This document shows positions 30,165 through 44,232 of a stretch of 64,000 bases of DNA, in pieces. This stretch comes from an uncultured Phycisphaerales bacterium (GTDB lineage Bacteria > Planctomycetota > Phycisphaerae > Sedimentisphaerales > Anaerobacaceae), in NCBI GenBank assembly GCA_963772725.1, contig CAVYYI010000001.1:1248001-1312000 (forward strand), given 5' to 3'. The notes under the pieces are model-generated. The model was not told where the DNA came from and did not search any database. It saw nothing but the letters and a program-made list of their open reading frames with translations. Position numbers and translations under genes: made by a program. Numbering within the stretch: the first letter of the stretch is position 1; each line of letters opens with the position of its first letter.

Positions 30165-30455
30165 TTATTCTTCAATGACTGCCATAATATCAGATTCATC
30201 CATAATCAGATATTCTTTGCCGTCCACTTTAATTTCCGTTCCTGCATAACTGGTGAAGAGCACCATGTCGCCCTTCTTAACCTGCACTTTTTTCAGCGTC
30301 CCGTCATCGAGAACCTTGCCCTCTCCGGCAGCGACGACTTTGCCTTTTCTGGGTTTTTCCTTCGCGGTGTCCGGCAGTACTATTCCGCCGGCAGTTTTGT
30401 TTTCCGCCTCAAGACGCTGTACAAGCACTTTGTCCGCCAATGGTCGAATCTTCAT
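30165..30455 (-). CDS. groS: Co-chaperonin GroES
   Basis: [10 protein letters not shown]...[13 protein letters not shown]. Confidence 0.98.
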   Translation of the reverse strand: MKIRPLADKVLVQRLEAENKTAGGIVLPDTAKEKPRKGKVVAAGEGKVLDDGTLKKVQVKKGDMVLFTSYAGTEIKVDGKEYLIMDESDIMAVIEE

Positions 30456-30498
30456 AAGTTCTTACTCCTTCTAAAAAAAATTAATAACCTTATTTATC

Positions 30499-30912
30499 TC
30501 ACCTTGAAAAAATACAGTTTCTGTATTTCTTCGTAAACATTCTATCCAACTGCTCCAGCAAAACACTCATATCAACAGGCTTATCTATAACACTGAAAAC
30601 ATCAAGCTCCAGAGCCTTGCCAAGCATTTTTTCTTCCGCCTGTCCGGTCAGCAAAATACAAGGCAGCCGCGGATAGCTCATCCTGATAATCTTTATGGTT
30701 GTAAGGCCGTTTGATTCCTCGCAATCCATATCAACGATTGTCGCATGTATCCGTTTCTGCCTGATAACGTCCACAAACTCCGCGGGCCTGCGGGCAACCA
30801 GAAAATTAATCCCGCGAGGCTCGAATATACTGCGCACCGCCTGAGGCCATGCCCAGTCAGCGGCACTTGCCAAAACATTAACCTCATCAAATTTTGTATA
30901 GTCTCTGACCAT
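30499..30912 (-). CDS. Single receiver-domain protein
   Basis: IVDMD, NGL, ILLTG, IDKP CheY-like motifs. Confidence 0.8.
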   Translation of the reverse strand: MVRDYTKFDEVNVLASAADWAWPQAVRSIFEPRGINFLVARRPAEFVDVIRQKRIHATIVDMDCEESNGLTTIKIIRMSYPRLPCILLTGQAEEKMLGKALELDVFSVIDKPVDMSVLLEQLDRMFTKKYRNCIFSR

Positions 30913-30926
30913 AACGCCTTTATTTG

Positions 30927-30942
30927 TGCAAATACCGTGCCA
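30927..30942 (-). promoter_or_regulatory. Sigma54 -24/-12 promoter
   Basis: TGGCACGGTATTTGCA on the minus strand, matching TGGCACG-N4-TTGCW. Confidence 0.75.
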
Positions 30943-31077
30943 TATGCCGTTTTTTTATGACATATCGATATAACATCCTGTAAATAATTAACTTATATAA
31001 CATAATCTCCCGCGTGAGTCTATGGCAAAATTGCAGTCGCAAAGCTTTACCACCCTGCCAGACTGACAGAAAAGGCA

Positions 31078-33728
<2,651 letters not shown>

Positions 33729-33930
33729 TGTCGCCCTGCGGCAGCCTCTAAAATCGCTTTTTTTCAAACTTCTGCAAAATGCTAACGGATTTGCCCCTTT
33801 TTCGCAACATCTGAAGCTGAATTTTCAAAAAACTCTTATTGAAGCCGGGTTCAGCCTTAAAAATATAATCTTCATCCCGAAAAAACCGCTTAACGCTTTA
33901 CGAACGACTCTTCACGTTTTTTCTTATGTG

Positions 33931-36900
33931 TTAATCATTTAGCCAGTATGAAGCGAATAGAGCAAAGTCAACGAAATCAACCGTGTGGGAAACATCTATA
34001 TCTGTTCCGCCGCAGTTATTCGATGTGTCACAATCGCTTTCGAGCCATCGCTGAACAAGGTAACCCAGGTCTTCGGTATTGACTCCGTCAGGACAGACCC
34101 AATCCGCCGCCGGTATCTGCCACAAAAGCCGCGGATAATTCGTCCCCTCACAGATTACCCATATAGTCGAAAAATCCCACCCCGTAAACGACGCCTGCTG
34201 CTTCATCTGCAGCGTACTTAACCCCGTTCCATCCGTACCGAATGGCCTGCCGGAAGTTTGCTTATCCCAGAAACTCCTGCTGATACTGCCGCCGCCTTTG
34301 TATCCCACCAGACCACCAATATATTGAGCATTAGAAGAACCACTGACTGCGCCCCTCGAATAGCAGTTGCTGATACTGCTGGTGCTTCCACTGTTGCATC
34401 CTACCAAGCCGCCAACATATCCCATAGACGAATAGGCGGATACATTGCTTGTCGAATAGCAACTGCTTATACTGCCGTTGCTGTACCCCGCCAGACCACC
34501 AATACGATAAGAACCGCTGACATTGCCCATAGAATAGCAATTGCTGATACTGCCATAATAATTATTTCCTACAAGACCACCAGTAGTGACAAAACCGATG
34601 ACATTGCCCGTCGAGTAGCAATTGATTATACTGCCATAGTTAATTCCTGCCAGTCCGCCAACATTAGAACTGCCGCTGCTGCGTCCTCCAAGGACAGATA
34701 AGAAACCATGGACAGTACAATTCTCTATTCCAAGATTTTTAACCGAGCTCCGGTTTCAATCTGACCGAATAAACCTATGTATGAATATGCAACGCTATTT
34801 ATGTCGAGATTTCTGATGCAAAAACCATTTCCATCCAATACTCCGCTAAATTTAGGTACCACTGGGTCAGACCACTTAATTCCCGCAAGATCAATATCAT
34901 TGATAAGTTTATAGCACGCCCAAGGTCGATACCAAATCGTTCCTAAATCATTGGCATCAGCTATTATATAAGGGTCTTCTTCAGTTCCGCTTCCTAGAGG
35001 TTCCGACGGTATATACCCGTTAAAAGTCGAAAGTACCGGATAGCCTCCGCCTTGGGGCATTTGCCAGCAATTGTACGTTCCGTTGGCCTTTTCATTTATA
35101 AAATCCCATCCGGCATTTAGAAATGTGTTGACATCCTGCATTTCCGCCGTTGTCTTGCCTGTTCCTCCGAAACCGCTGTTCTGTCCGGAAGTCTGTGTAT
35201 CCCAGAAACTCCTTCTTAAAACACTCCAAATGTCCATGAATCCCACCAGTCCGCCGACATCCGAAATACCTGATACAGCACCTGTTGAATAGCAATTGCT
35301 GATGAGGCCGCTGTTTCCACCCACTAGGCCACCAACAGAAGAATAACCACTGACGTTGCCTGTTGAATAGCAATTGCTGATACTGCCGCCGTAGTTGTAT
35401 CCCATAAGACCTCCAACATTGGAAGAACCGCTTACTGCACATGTCGAATAGCAATTGCTGATGAGGCCGTTATTATTTCCCACCAGCCCGCCAACGGAAG
35501 ATGCCCCGCTGACAACACCTGTCGAATAGCAATTGCTGATATTACTGCCGCTGTTTCCACCCACCAGCCCGCCAACAGAATCAGAAGAACCGCTGACAGC
35601 ACCTGTCGAATAGCAATTACTGATACTGCCGTTGCTGTACCCCGCCAGTCCGCCAACAGAAGATGAACCACTGACATTGCCTGTCGAGTAGCAATTGCCG
35701 ATACTGCCATAGTTAATCCCTGCTAGTCCACCAACATAATTAAGAGAACTGTTGACAGTACAATTCTCTATTCCAAGATTTTTAACTATGCTGCTGTTTT
35801 CAATCCAACCGAATAAACCCACGTATTGGTATGCAACACTATTTATGTCGAGATTTCTGACGCTAAAACCGTTTCCATCAAATACTCCGTTAAAATCCGG
35901 AACCACTGCACAAGACCACTTAATTCCTGCAAGATTAATATCATTGGCAAGTTTATAACACGCCCAAGGCCGATACCAGATCGTACCCAAATCATTGGCA
36001 TCAGTTATGATATAAGGGTCTTCTTCCGTCCCGCTGCCGAGAGGTTCAGGCGGTATATACCCGTTAAAAATCGAAAGTTCTGGATAACCGCCGCCCTGTG
36101 GCATCTGCCAGTAATTGCAGGTTCCATTATCTTTTTCATTTATAAAATCCCATCCTGCGTTCAGAAATGTATTTGCATCCTGCATTTCGGTAGTTGTTTT
36201 GCCTATTCCTCCAGCACTAGTCGCTTGACCGGAGGTTTGTGTATCCCAAAAACTGTTCAAAATACTGCCATAATCATTTTTTCCCACTAGTCCACCAACA
36301 TAAGAAGAGCCGCTGATATTTCCTCTCGAGTAGCAACTGCTGATATTGTCGCGATTGCTATGTCCCACCAGACCGCCAATGTTAGAAGAACCGCTGATAT
36401 TGACTGTTGAATAGCAATTGCTGATACTGCCGTAATAATCGTCTCCCACCAAACCGCCAACACAAGAAGAACCGCTGTTTGAACCCATTGTATAGCTATT
36501 GCTGATACTACCATGATTCAATCCCACTAGACCACCGACATGAGATGAACCGCTGACAGTAAAATTTTCAAGACCAAGATTCTTAACACAACCGCCGGAA
36601 TCAATGTAACCAAATAAACCGAGATACTGATTGCTTCCACCGCTTATGGTAAAATGAGTAATCTTATGCCCGCTGCCGTCAAATTCTCCTGTAAAGGCTG
36701 TCCCCTGAAAATCGCTGCTCGAACTGGTATCCGTGGCGATAATTGCCTTTGTAAAGACCTGACCTTCCATATTTACATCGGCTGTAAGGATAAAGCATTT
36801 ACTGTAATCGTTAGTATCGGCGGCCAAAGCCAGTAAATCCGCTTTTGTGACGATTTGATAGGGGTTGTTCGGCTCACCCGTCCCGCCGCTGTACGCCCCA

Positions 36901-36968
36901 AAAGCATTACCCGAAACAACAGTTATTATGACTGCAATATAAAGGATAAATGCCGCTTTTGTTTTCAC
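33931..36968 (-). CDS. Secreted GLUG-motif repeat protein with a dockerin-like C-terminus (frameshift near 34740)
   Basis: Many VGGLVG...ISNCYSTG repeats; tail DGVNTEDL..WL..DIDVSHTVDFVDFALFASYWL; GTG start with AGGAG. Confidence 0.85.
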
Positions 36969-37127
36969 TTTTAGTCTCCTCAAGTCTTTCTCACAAAGAA
37001 ACAAGTATTATACCCCAAACTGATACAGAATACAAGTTTTTTCTGCTCGATTTTATTTTTGTTCTCTATACCTTCTATATTCGTAAAACCTTATGTCTCA
37101 TTTCCACCTTTGAGTTTTTTTAAAACA

Positions 37128-37212
37128 GTGTTAATCGGTGTAAATCCGTGTCTAAAAAACCAGCGTTAATCCGTGTCGAAAAAAAACCGTGTCTTTGTGT
37201 CTTCGTGGTGGA
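37128..37212. repeat. Short-repeat cluster related to 7917-8022
   Basis: GTGTTAATCGGTGTAAATCCGTGTC, GTTAATCCGTGTC, CCGTGTCTTTGTGTCTTCGTGG. Confidence 0.6.
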
Positions 37213-37432
37213 AAATGCGGGTTAAAATCTTACCCAGATTAACAAACTTCAATCAAAAACGCAGGTATTTTTTTAGTAAAAACCGGAATTTTAAAATTTT
37301 TTTTAGCCTTATTTTACAAGGACTTACAGCTCGAGGGCATCAAAAAAGGGCAAAATTTTCGATTCAAAAACGCAGGTACGGGCATTTATAGAGATACAAA
37401 TTAACCAGATACAAGATTTGGAGGTCGAAAAT

Positions 37433-37969
37433 ATGAATACCGGCTTTATAAAACTGATGCGGACGGAAAAGACACTCGAATTAATGAAGAATGCCGACGC
37501 CTTTTTGTTGGCGTCAATTATGGCAATTCGTGCCAGAAGGAGCAACGATTTTAATGTTTATGACCTTAAAGCCGGAGAGTCGCTGCTGGGCGATTACCGG
37601 AATTACGGTATGACCGAGCGAAGATACAGAACCGCAAAGGACAAGCTGAAAAAGTGGTCAATTGCGACATTCAGAACGACGACCAGAGGCACTATCGCAA
37701 AGCTATGCCAGACAGATATTTACGACATTAACGCTCAATTGGGTGACGAACAAAACGACGAACGAACGACGAACAAAAGACGAACAGACGACGAACAGGA
37801 GACGACTAACAAGAATTATAATAATGAAAAGAAAGAAAAGAATGGTAATTGCAACCCCTCTTTTTCTTCTGAAAACAAAATTAAGACTTTTAGCCAGATT
37901 AGGCGCGAGCGGGCACAAGCGGCTTTGCAAGCAGAGAGCAGGAGGTTTTTGGAAAGTGGAGCTAAATGA
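37433..37969 (+). CDS. Phage replication-initiator-like wHTH protein with internal iterons
   Basis: GFIKLMR, GMTERRYRTAKDKLKKW..TTRGTIAKL...YDIN; GACGAAC repeats. Confidence 0.65.
   Translation: MNTGFIKLMRTEKTLELMKNADAFLLASIMAIRARRSNDFNVYDLKAGESLLGDYRNYGMTERRYRTAKDKLKKWSIATFRTTTRGTIAKLCQTDIYDINAQLGDEQNDERTTNKRRTDDEQETTNKNYNNEKKEKNGNCNPSFSSENKIKTFSQIRRERAQAALQAESRRFLESGAK
37745..37807 (+). repeat. Iteron-like GACGAAC repeats, ~11-bp period
   Basis: Copies at 37745, 37757, 37768, 37779, 37790 and degenerate 37801. Confidence 0.8.
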
Positions 37970-38381
37970 GTTTAATCAATGGTTTATCGAACAGGTTGCG
38001 GCAAGATGGCCTGAATGGGACATTGAAAGCTTTGTGCTGAATGACTGGTTTTACTCGCTGGGCAGTTACGATGAGGCGATGCTGACAAAAGCGGTCAGAG
38101 ACCACAAGGTTCTCGATGACCCGGCGTGCCGAAGCAGTAAAAGGATTCTTGAGCGGCTCAAGGCGATGAAAATGCCGGGTAAAAAACAGTACGAGTTACA
38201 GATACCCGAAAAAACCATTACGGCAGATGAGTTCTGGAAAAATGTACGCACGAACTATTCATGGGAAAAACGCATCGAGATAATGGAACATGTTATAAAG
38301 TTTCATAAATGCCCCAAAGACAAGGACCCTGAGGCGTACGAATGGCTGATGAAGGAAAAACAGGCTCATGTCAAAGAATAA
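37956..38381 (+). CDS. Phage helicase loader/inhibitor-like small protein
   Basis: GGAGG RBS plus GTG; VAARWP...DWFYSLGSYDEAMLTKAVRDH; follows the initiator-like gene. Confidence 0.5.
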   Translation: MELNEFNQWFIEQVAARWPEWDIESFVLNDWFYSLGSYDEAMLTKAVRDHKVLDDPACRSSKRILERLKAMKMPGKKQYELQIPEKTITADEFWKNVRTNYSWEKRIEIMEHVIKFHKCPKDKDPEAYEWLMKEKQAHVKE

Positions 38382-41113
38382 CCCAACAGTCGCTGATAGG
38401 CGGCTAGGTAGCCCTCAATCATACTCGACAGGTCCCATTTGAATCTGGCCTCTTTCATTATTCTTTTGGCCTGCTTTTCCCATTCGCCGGGATTCTTTCT
38501 GAAAAATCTGTGGTTCTGCACGGTCATTTCGAGTCCCCACCATAATCCGCCTGAATCGTAATCACTGAAAAGCACACCATTGCCGACATCTTTTTCCGCC
38601 CAGCTTTTTAAGTTTTAACGGCACAATCTTGTCATGAAAACCGCCGGTATCGCGGTTCGTCGCTGTTGCCCCGTATAGGTTTCCAATGACATCAATCTGC
38701 CCGAAAGGCTCATACAGCGAAGCTCCGAAAACGTCGCTCGCGGCCGCGTAACCCAATATGCTGAGGTCTTCATTGAAAGGAAGATAAGCAATTTTCCCGC
38801 CGGATGCGCATGCGATTCTGCCCAAGTATCTCGCGTGCGTTCTGTCGCTGCCTATCGGGATTGCCGATAATTCCAATTTGAACATCCGGATGCTCTATCA
38901 CGAATTTTAACGCGATATCCTCAAGAAGCTCGATGCCTTTCTGAACCGGGTCCAGCCTGTGACGGCCAATATAAAAATATAGCTTCAGGATTGACCCGCA
39001 GGCCGGTCCTTTTCTGGAACTTGACAAGGTTAAGTTTTTTCGCCTGCACAACATTGTCGATTAACCCGATATTTTTTCGCCAGACCGGGTTTATCTGCCT
39101 CCGCGTTCTCATCCTGATTTTCAGGATAAATCACCGGTGAGATATCCGTTTGGAATCGCCAAAACGCTAGCCGAATCTGTATTTTGCCTTTGTCTCCTGC
39201 CGCACGCTCCAGGGAATGACGTGTCTGTCCATAAAATAATCGTGCGTTGTCTCATCGAGAAAACCTTTACCCACATAATTGACCAGCGTAGCGTTTTTTA
39301 TCGCGGTCGCCTGGCAATCCACGCATTGCCTGCCGCCATCATTGGAGATATACAGATTGTTCCAGAACTCACCTAAATTAACACCGTAAAACATATCCAG
39401 TGGTATATGGCCTGTATGCGAATTGTGTACTGTGTGCAATAACGGGATTTTCCTAAATTTTGCATAAGCCGGCAATAATGCCCCCCGCCATCCAGTCGTG
39501 CGAATGTATAATTCCTTTTCCCTCATGCTTCGAAATTATTTCCTTGATAAAGGAATTTCTCGTTTCCCTTCTGGAACTCGCCGCGGTCACTCTCGGGTCG
39601 CCGTCGTAGGGACTCATATAATTTTCAAACAGTGCCGAATCTACCATTTTGATATTATCTCGCGGCAGGCGATACATTTTTTCCATAAACTCTTCTTTGC
39701 TCATTCCCGATTTCGCTATGAATCTTCTTTTTAGATTCAGCGTGATGATATAAGTCAAGATATCCTTTTCGAACAGGCCCTCTGCATAAAGCTGCGACTA
39801 CCTCACCCATCCCGCCGCTTTTTCCGGTTACATATTTCGCGAATTCGCCCATTCCCTCGGTCGGGAGCTTGTCCGTTTCCGGGCTTATGATTATAACCGG
39901 GGTTTTCTCGGTTTTCTTTAGAATATAAAAAGTATCTATCGACTTTTCCATTTCCCATATTTTGTCCGTTATGATTCTGGCGGCTTCGCCTATTGAGCCA
40001 TAAGGGCTGAAATAGGAATGCACCGCGTGGTCAGAGCCGCTGCTTTCGTGGGCAAAATAAAGCTGGTCGGAGGTCGTCAGGTGTCTCCATTTGGTCAACA
40101 ATTCCCCGTCCGGCTTTTTTGACGCTTCTTCTCGAGATTTTTTATGCGGTGAAAACAGTTCCTGCTGGGTTTTGTTTCCCAGCCATCCGAAAGTGTCTTT
40201 CGTCGCGTCGGCCCAGCGAAGAAGTCGATAAGCCATGAATATCGACAATCGGACAATCAGCGTCTTTGAATAATTCGGCCACCTCGGTGGGATTTGCCAT
40301 TTTTATGCTATTATACTGCTCCAGCTTCTTCGGCAGAGCCTTCCAGAATTCAAATATGCCTTTATCTTCCCAGATATGCTCGCCGATATGTTCGTAGTCG
40401 TAGCCAAGCAGAACGGCTTCGCCGTCAATCTTCGCGATGCTCCATGCATAACGCTCGGCGGAAATCGGCGTATGAGGAAACCTGTAGGCAACGTCATCGC
40501 TTAATTCCCTGTTTCTGGGAATTACAATCAGATTGCTGCCTTTGCGCGGAAAACAGCGTTTGGAGATACGGTTTTGCCATCCTTAAAGCCGTACATATCG
40601 TCCCTTTTTTCGCACAGAATCTGCCTTATAGCCCATATCCGCGACAACATTGGCTATTTCATTATTGATACATTAGCTCCGTGTTTCTAAACGATGTCGG
40701 CTTTATGCCGAAAACCTGTTCCATCTTCGCTCTGTGCAGTAAAACCTGGTCTTTGAATTCGCTGTCTCTTCGGGTCATCGAAAAGGCTGGCAAGGGAGTG
40801 ATAATATGTCTCGTTCGAGAAATTCAACCTGGCTGTGCGCCTTGCCGGCATCGAGAAGCTCCCGCAATGACCGGATTACTTCCGGTTTATACATCTGGGC
40901 CTGCTCGAGGAATGTGCCGGACATGCTCAGGGTTATTTTGAAAGCCGGATAGGATGATACCAGCTCTGTGAACATTTTTGTCGCGGGCAAATAACATTTT
41001 TCCGAGACTTTTTCGAATACCTGCTTGTTATTTTCGTCCCAGAAAAACTTGCTTCTTTCAGGGTGGAGCCTGAACGGCTGGTGCAACTGGAAATAAAATG
41101 TTACTACGGGCAT
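38366..41113 (-). CDS. GH57 alpha-amylase fused to a GT5 glycogen/starch synthase (many frameshifts)
   Basis: FYFQLHQP and WRHLTTSD..HSYFSPY (GH57); KSGGMGEV, HSHDW, RLDPVQKG, YEPFG, TGGFHD (GT5). Confidence 0.75.
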
Positions 41114-41376
41114 ATTTTAACTCAACTCTTTTATTTATAAATAGTTACGCAAAAATAAAACAATCCTAACAACTACGTTCCGACAAAGTCGCAATCCTAA
41201 ATATTCAGCATTTTTGACTTTGATTTTTGCATAGTTATGCTCATCTCCCGCCTCCATTGAAAATGAAAACAGTGATTAGTATATGCTAATTTATAAAACC
41301 TGTCAATATACCCAAAACCTGATTTTTGATTGCCGATTTTTTTACCACGATGAATCAAAAATACACAAAGAAAATC

Positions 41377-41433
41377 AGACACAGATAACACGGTTTTTTT
41401 AGACACCAATTTATCCGTGTAAATCCGTATCTA
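41377..41433. repeat. Short-repeat cluster (same dispersed family)
   Basis: AGACACAGATAACACGG ... ATCCGTGTAAATCCGTATCT. Confidence 0.5.
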
Positions 41434-41539
41434 AAGAACATTCAGAAAAAGGTGGATAAAACCTTAGCGTAGAGTGATACCCCTACCGTAAGATTGGAGG
41501 CTAAACTGTTAGGGCAAGCGGGCATTTCGGTGATTTCAA

Positions 41540-42650
41540 TTATTTCGTTAATTTTTGAGAAGAATAGATTCTCAGAAAGGATTCCACCATCGCACTGACT
41601 GAATAATTATCCCTCAGATGCTGCTGGGCATTAGCTGCAAGCTGTCTGGCGTAATTCTTCTCGTCCAAAAGCTGTTTAAGACTTTGGTATATGCTGAGTT
41701 CATCGTCAGGGTCAAAAATGACAGCGGTTTTCCCAACAATAATAAGGTCGTCCACTCCTCCTTTGCAAGCGGCGACCGCCTGGCCTATGCTCATCGCATC
41801 CAGGAGCAGCGCAGTTAAATGCAAAATCAGGTCTTGGCTGCACAAAAATATCTCCACCTGCCTGAAGAGTTCGTCTTGATTCGAGTTTCGGCGCAATGAT
41901 AGCGACTGGCAAAAGTCCCAGTTGGGCAAGCAATCTTCTCAACAGTATTTCCTCTTTTCCCCCCGACAATAATGAGCATAAATTCATATTGTTCAATAAC
42001 GAGGCGTTTAACTGCCCGCAGGAAAATTTCGAGTTCCTGAGCGGTATTAAACGCTGGTCCGGCCGCAACAATACTTGTAAGACGTGAAGTATCATGGAAG
42101 CAACTGATAGTCTCGGCGGTAAATGTTCCCACATTAACAAGCTCTATTTTATCTGCAAACTGCCGATAGCGTTCCGCAAGATCGGCAGCGATAGTTTCAG
42201 CGGGGACAGTGACAGCTGCCAAACGGGAAGCGGAGATGGAAAGGCGGCGAAATCGCTCATGGAGAGAATTTACAGTTAATACATAGGGAAGTTCAAGCTC
42301 TCGCGAGACATAGCGTGCCAGTTCAGCCTGAGTCTCGCAAAGACAATGGAGAACAGAGGGTTTGAATTTTTTAAGGCTCTCAACGAGTATTGTTTTATTT
42401 CGCCAGCCCATAAAGGGCAACTCAAGGGCAGGATAGCGAATAATCTCAACGGTTGGAGAAATAAGGCTGTCGATATCAACGGACGGCGGGCAGACCAGCG
42501 TAACGGGTACCGACTCATCAGACAAACCGACAAGCATGTGCTGTAAAAAGGCTGGATACTCAGAAATAATCTGGTCTGAGATAATAAGTGCCAGCCGAAG
42601 TTTTTTTGCCCGGATACACCCAAGGCTTCATCTTTTTGCTCCTGACCCAT
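41540..42650 (-). CDS. GT4-like glycosyltransferase (frameshifted)
   Basis: LLDAMSIGQAVAACKGGVDDLI..GKTAVIFDP. Confidence 0.75.
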
Positions 42651-42802
42651 ATCACTACCTCAAAGCCGTTAAACTTATTGCCGCACCAAAAGTTACCTGC
42701 TTCAGGGCGGAATCAACTTTTATTTCCGGTTCCCGAAGCCACAACATAGCACAAAATTCATCAGGAATAAAGGATTGTTTTTAAGACGGGTTTTCGGTAA
42801 GC

Positions 42803-44231
42803 TTAAGGATGTGTTTTTTCCTGGAAGTCACTGCCCCCGCCGAATACGGCGTAAAGTCTTACGAGGTTGGCAAATCTCGCAAGTCGGAGCGAGACAAGCC
42901 CCTGTTCAGCGTCATAGACGGGAGCACTGCGCATCAATCACAGCCAGATAACTGTCTATTCCTTTTATATAACGCACATTTGAGAGACGGGAGGTTTCGG
43001 TAGCGGCATTAACTAAAGATTGCTGCGCCAATAACTGTTCATCCACCGTACCTTTAACGGCGAGGGTATCAGCCACTTCCTTAAAAGCCTGCTGGATGGA
43101 TTTCTCATATTGGGCTACGGCGATTTCTCTGTCGGTTTTGCTCACCTTGAGAGCTGACCATGTACGCGCGTCAAAAACAGACATTGCGGCCTGCGGATTG
43201 AAACTCCACACATCGGAGCCGGATTGGAACAGGCCGGAAAGTTTCTCGCTCGCAGTTCCGACTGAAGAGGTCAAAGCAATACGAGGGAAAAAAGTTGCTC
43301 TTGCCGCCCCGATATTGGCGTTGGCGGCCTTTAGCAGATTTTCTGCCTGAAGAATGTCAGGACGTCGCAGCAGTACCTCGGAGGAAACATCGGGAGCAAT
43401 TTCTTTGGGCTGACTAATCGAATTAAGGTTGGCCGGCAACAACTCTTTAGGCACTGAAGAACCGACGAGAAGATTCAAGGCGTTTTCATCCTGTGCAACC
43501 AGTCGAGTGTATAGTGCAATATCCACACGTGCTGCATCTACCCTCGTCTGTGCCTGACGTAAATCCAATTCAGTAGCAAGCCCGATTTCACAACGCTGGT
43601 GTATTAAATTATAGGCGGCCTGCTGGGCATCCAGAGTGGATTTGGCAAGTTCGAGGCTTTCTTTGTCGGCGGCAAAAGTCAGATAAGCGACGGCAACTTC
43701 TGACACAAGCAAAATCTGTGAGCTGCGCTGTGCCTGCTCGGTGGCAAAGTACTCCTGCAGCGCTTTCTCCTTGAGACTGCGGATGCGTCCAAAGAAATCA
43801 ATCTCCCAGGCTAAGCCCAGATTAACACTGTATTGTTCGTTGGTAATGGTTTGTCCTGCGCCTGAGAAATTTATGAACGTACGCTGTTTGCTTCCACTGC
43901 CCAAAACGCCGATGGTTGGCAAAAGCTCGGCACGCTGTATGCCATACAACGCGCGAGACCTTTCAACATTCAGTGCGGCCATGCGCAGGTCACGATTGTT
44001 ATTCAAGGCGGTCTCGATAACCTTTTGAATACGCTGGTCGGTGAAGAATTCACGCCATGTTAGTTCAAGAGCGGTAGGAATATCGGGCGAAGCTTTGGTT
44101 TCCTTGTATGACGCACCGCTTGGCCAATCGGCAGGAACGGGAGCTTGCGGCCTGGTATATTTCGGGGTCAGTGAACAGCCCACAAGCCAGGAAGTTATAG
44201 CCAGAATCAATAACATTAATATCCTTAACAT
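42803..44231 (-). CDS. RND outer-membrane lipoprotein (OprM/NodT-like); C-terminal frameshift
   Basis: LVGC lipobox, NNRDLR, WEIDFFG, LLRRPDI, shifted end LYAVFGGG. Confidence 0.9.
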
Positions 44232-44232
44232 A

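Noticed and set aside
34725..37004. Diversity-generating retroelement TR/VR pair in the GLUG repeats
   Set aside because: The repeats are in-frame coding modules, differences are not adenine-specific, and no reverse transcriptase is present.
41445..41530. Riboswitch (c-di-GMP-like) upstream of the GH57-GT5 gene
   Set aside because: Only weak imperfect stems; the conserved aptamer motifs could not be identified on either strand.
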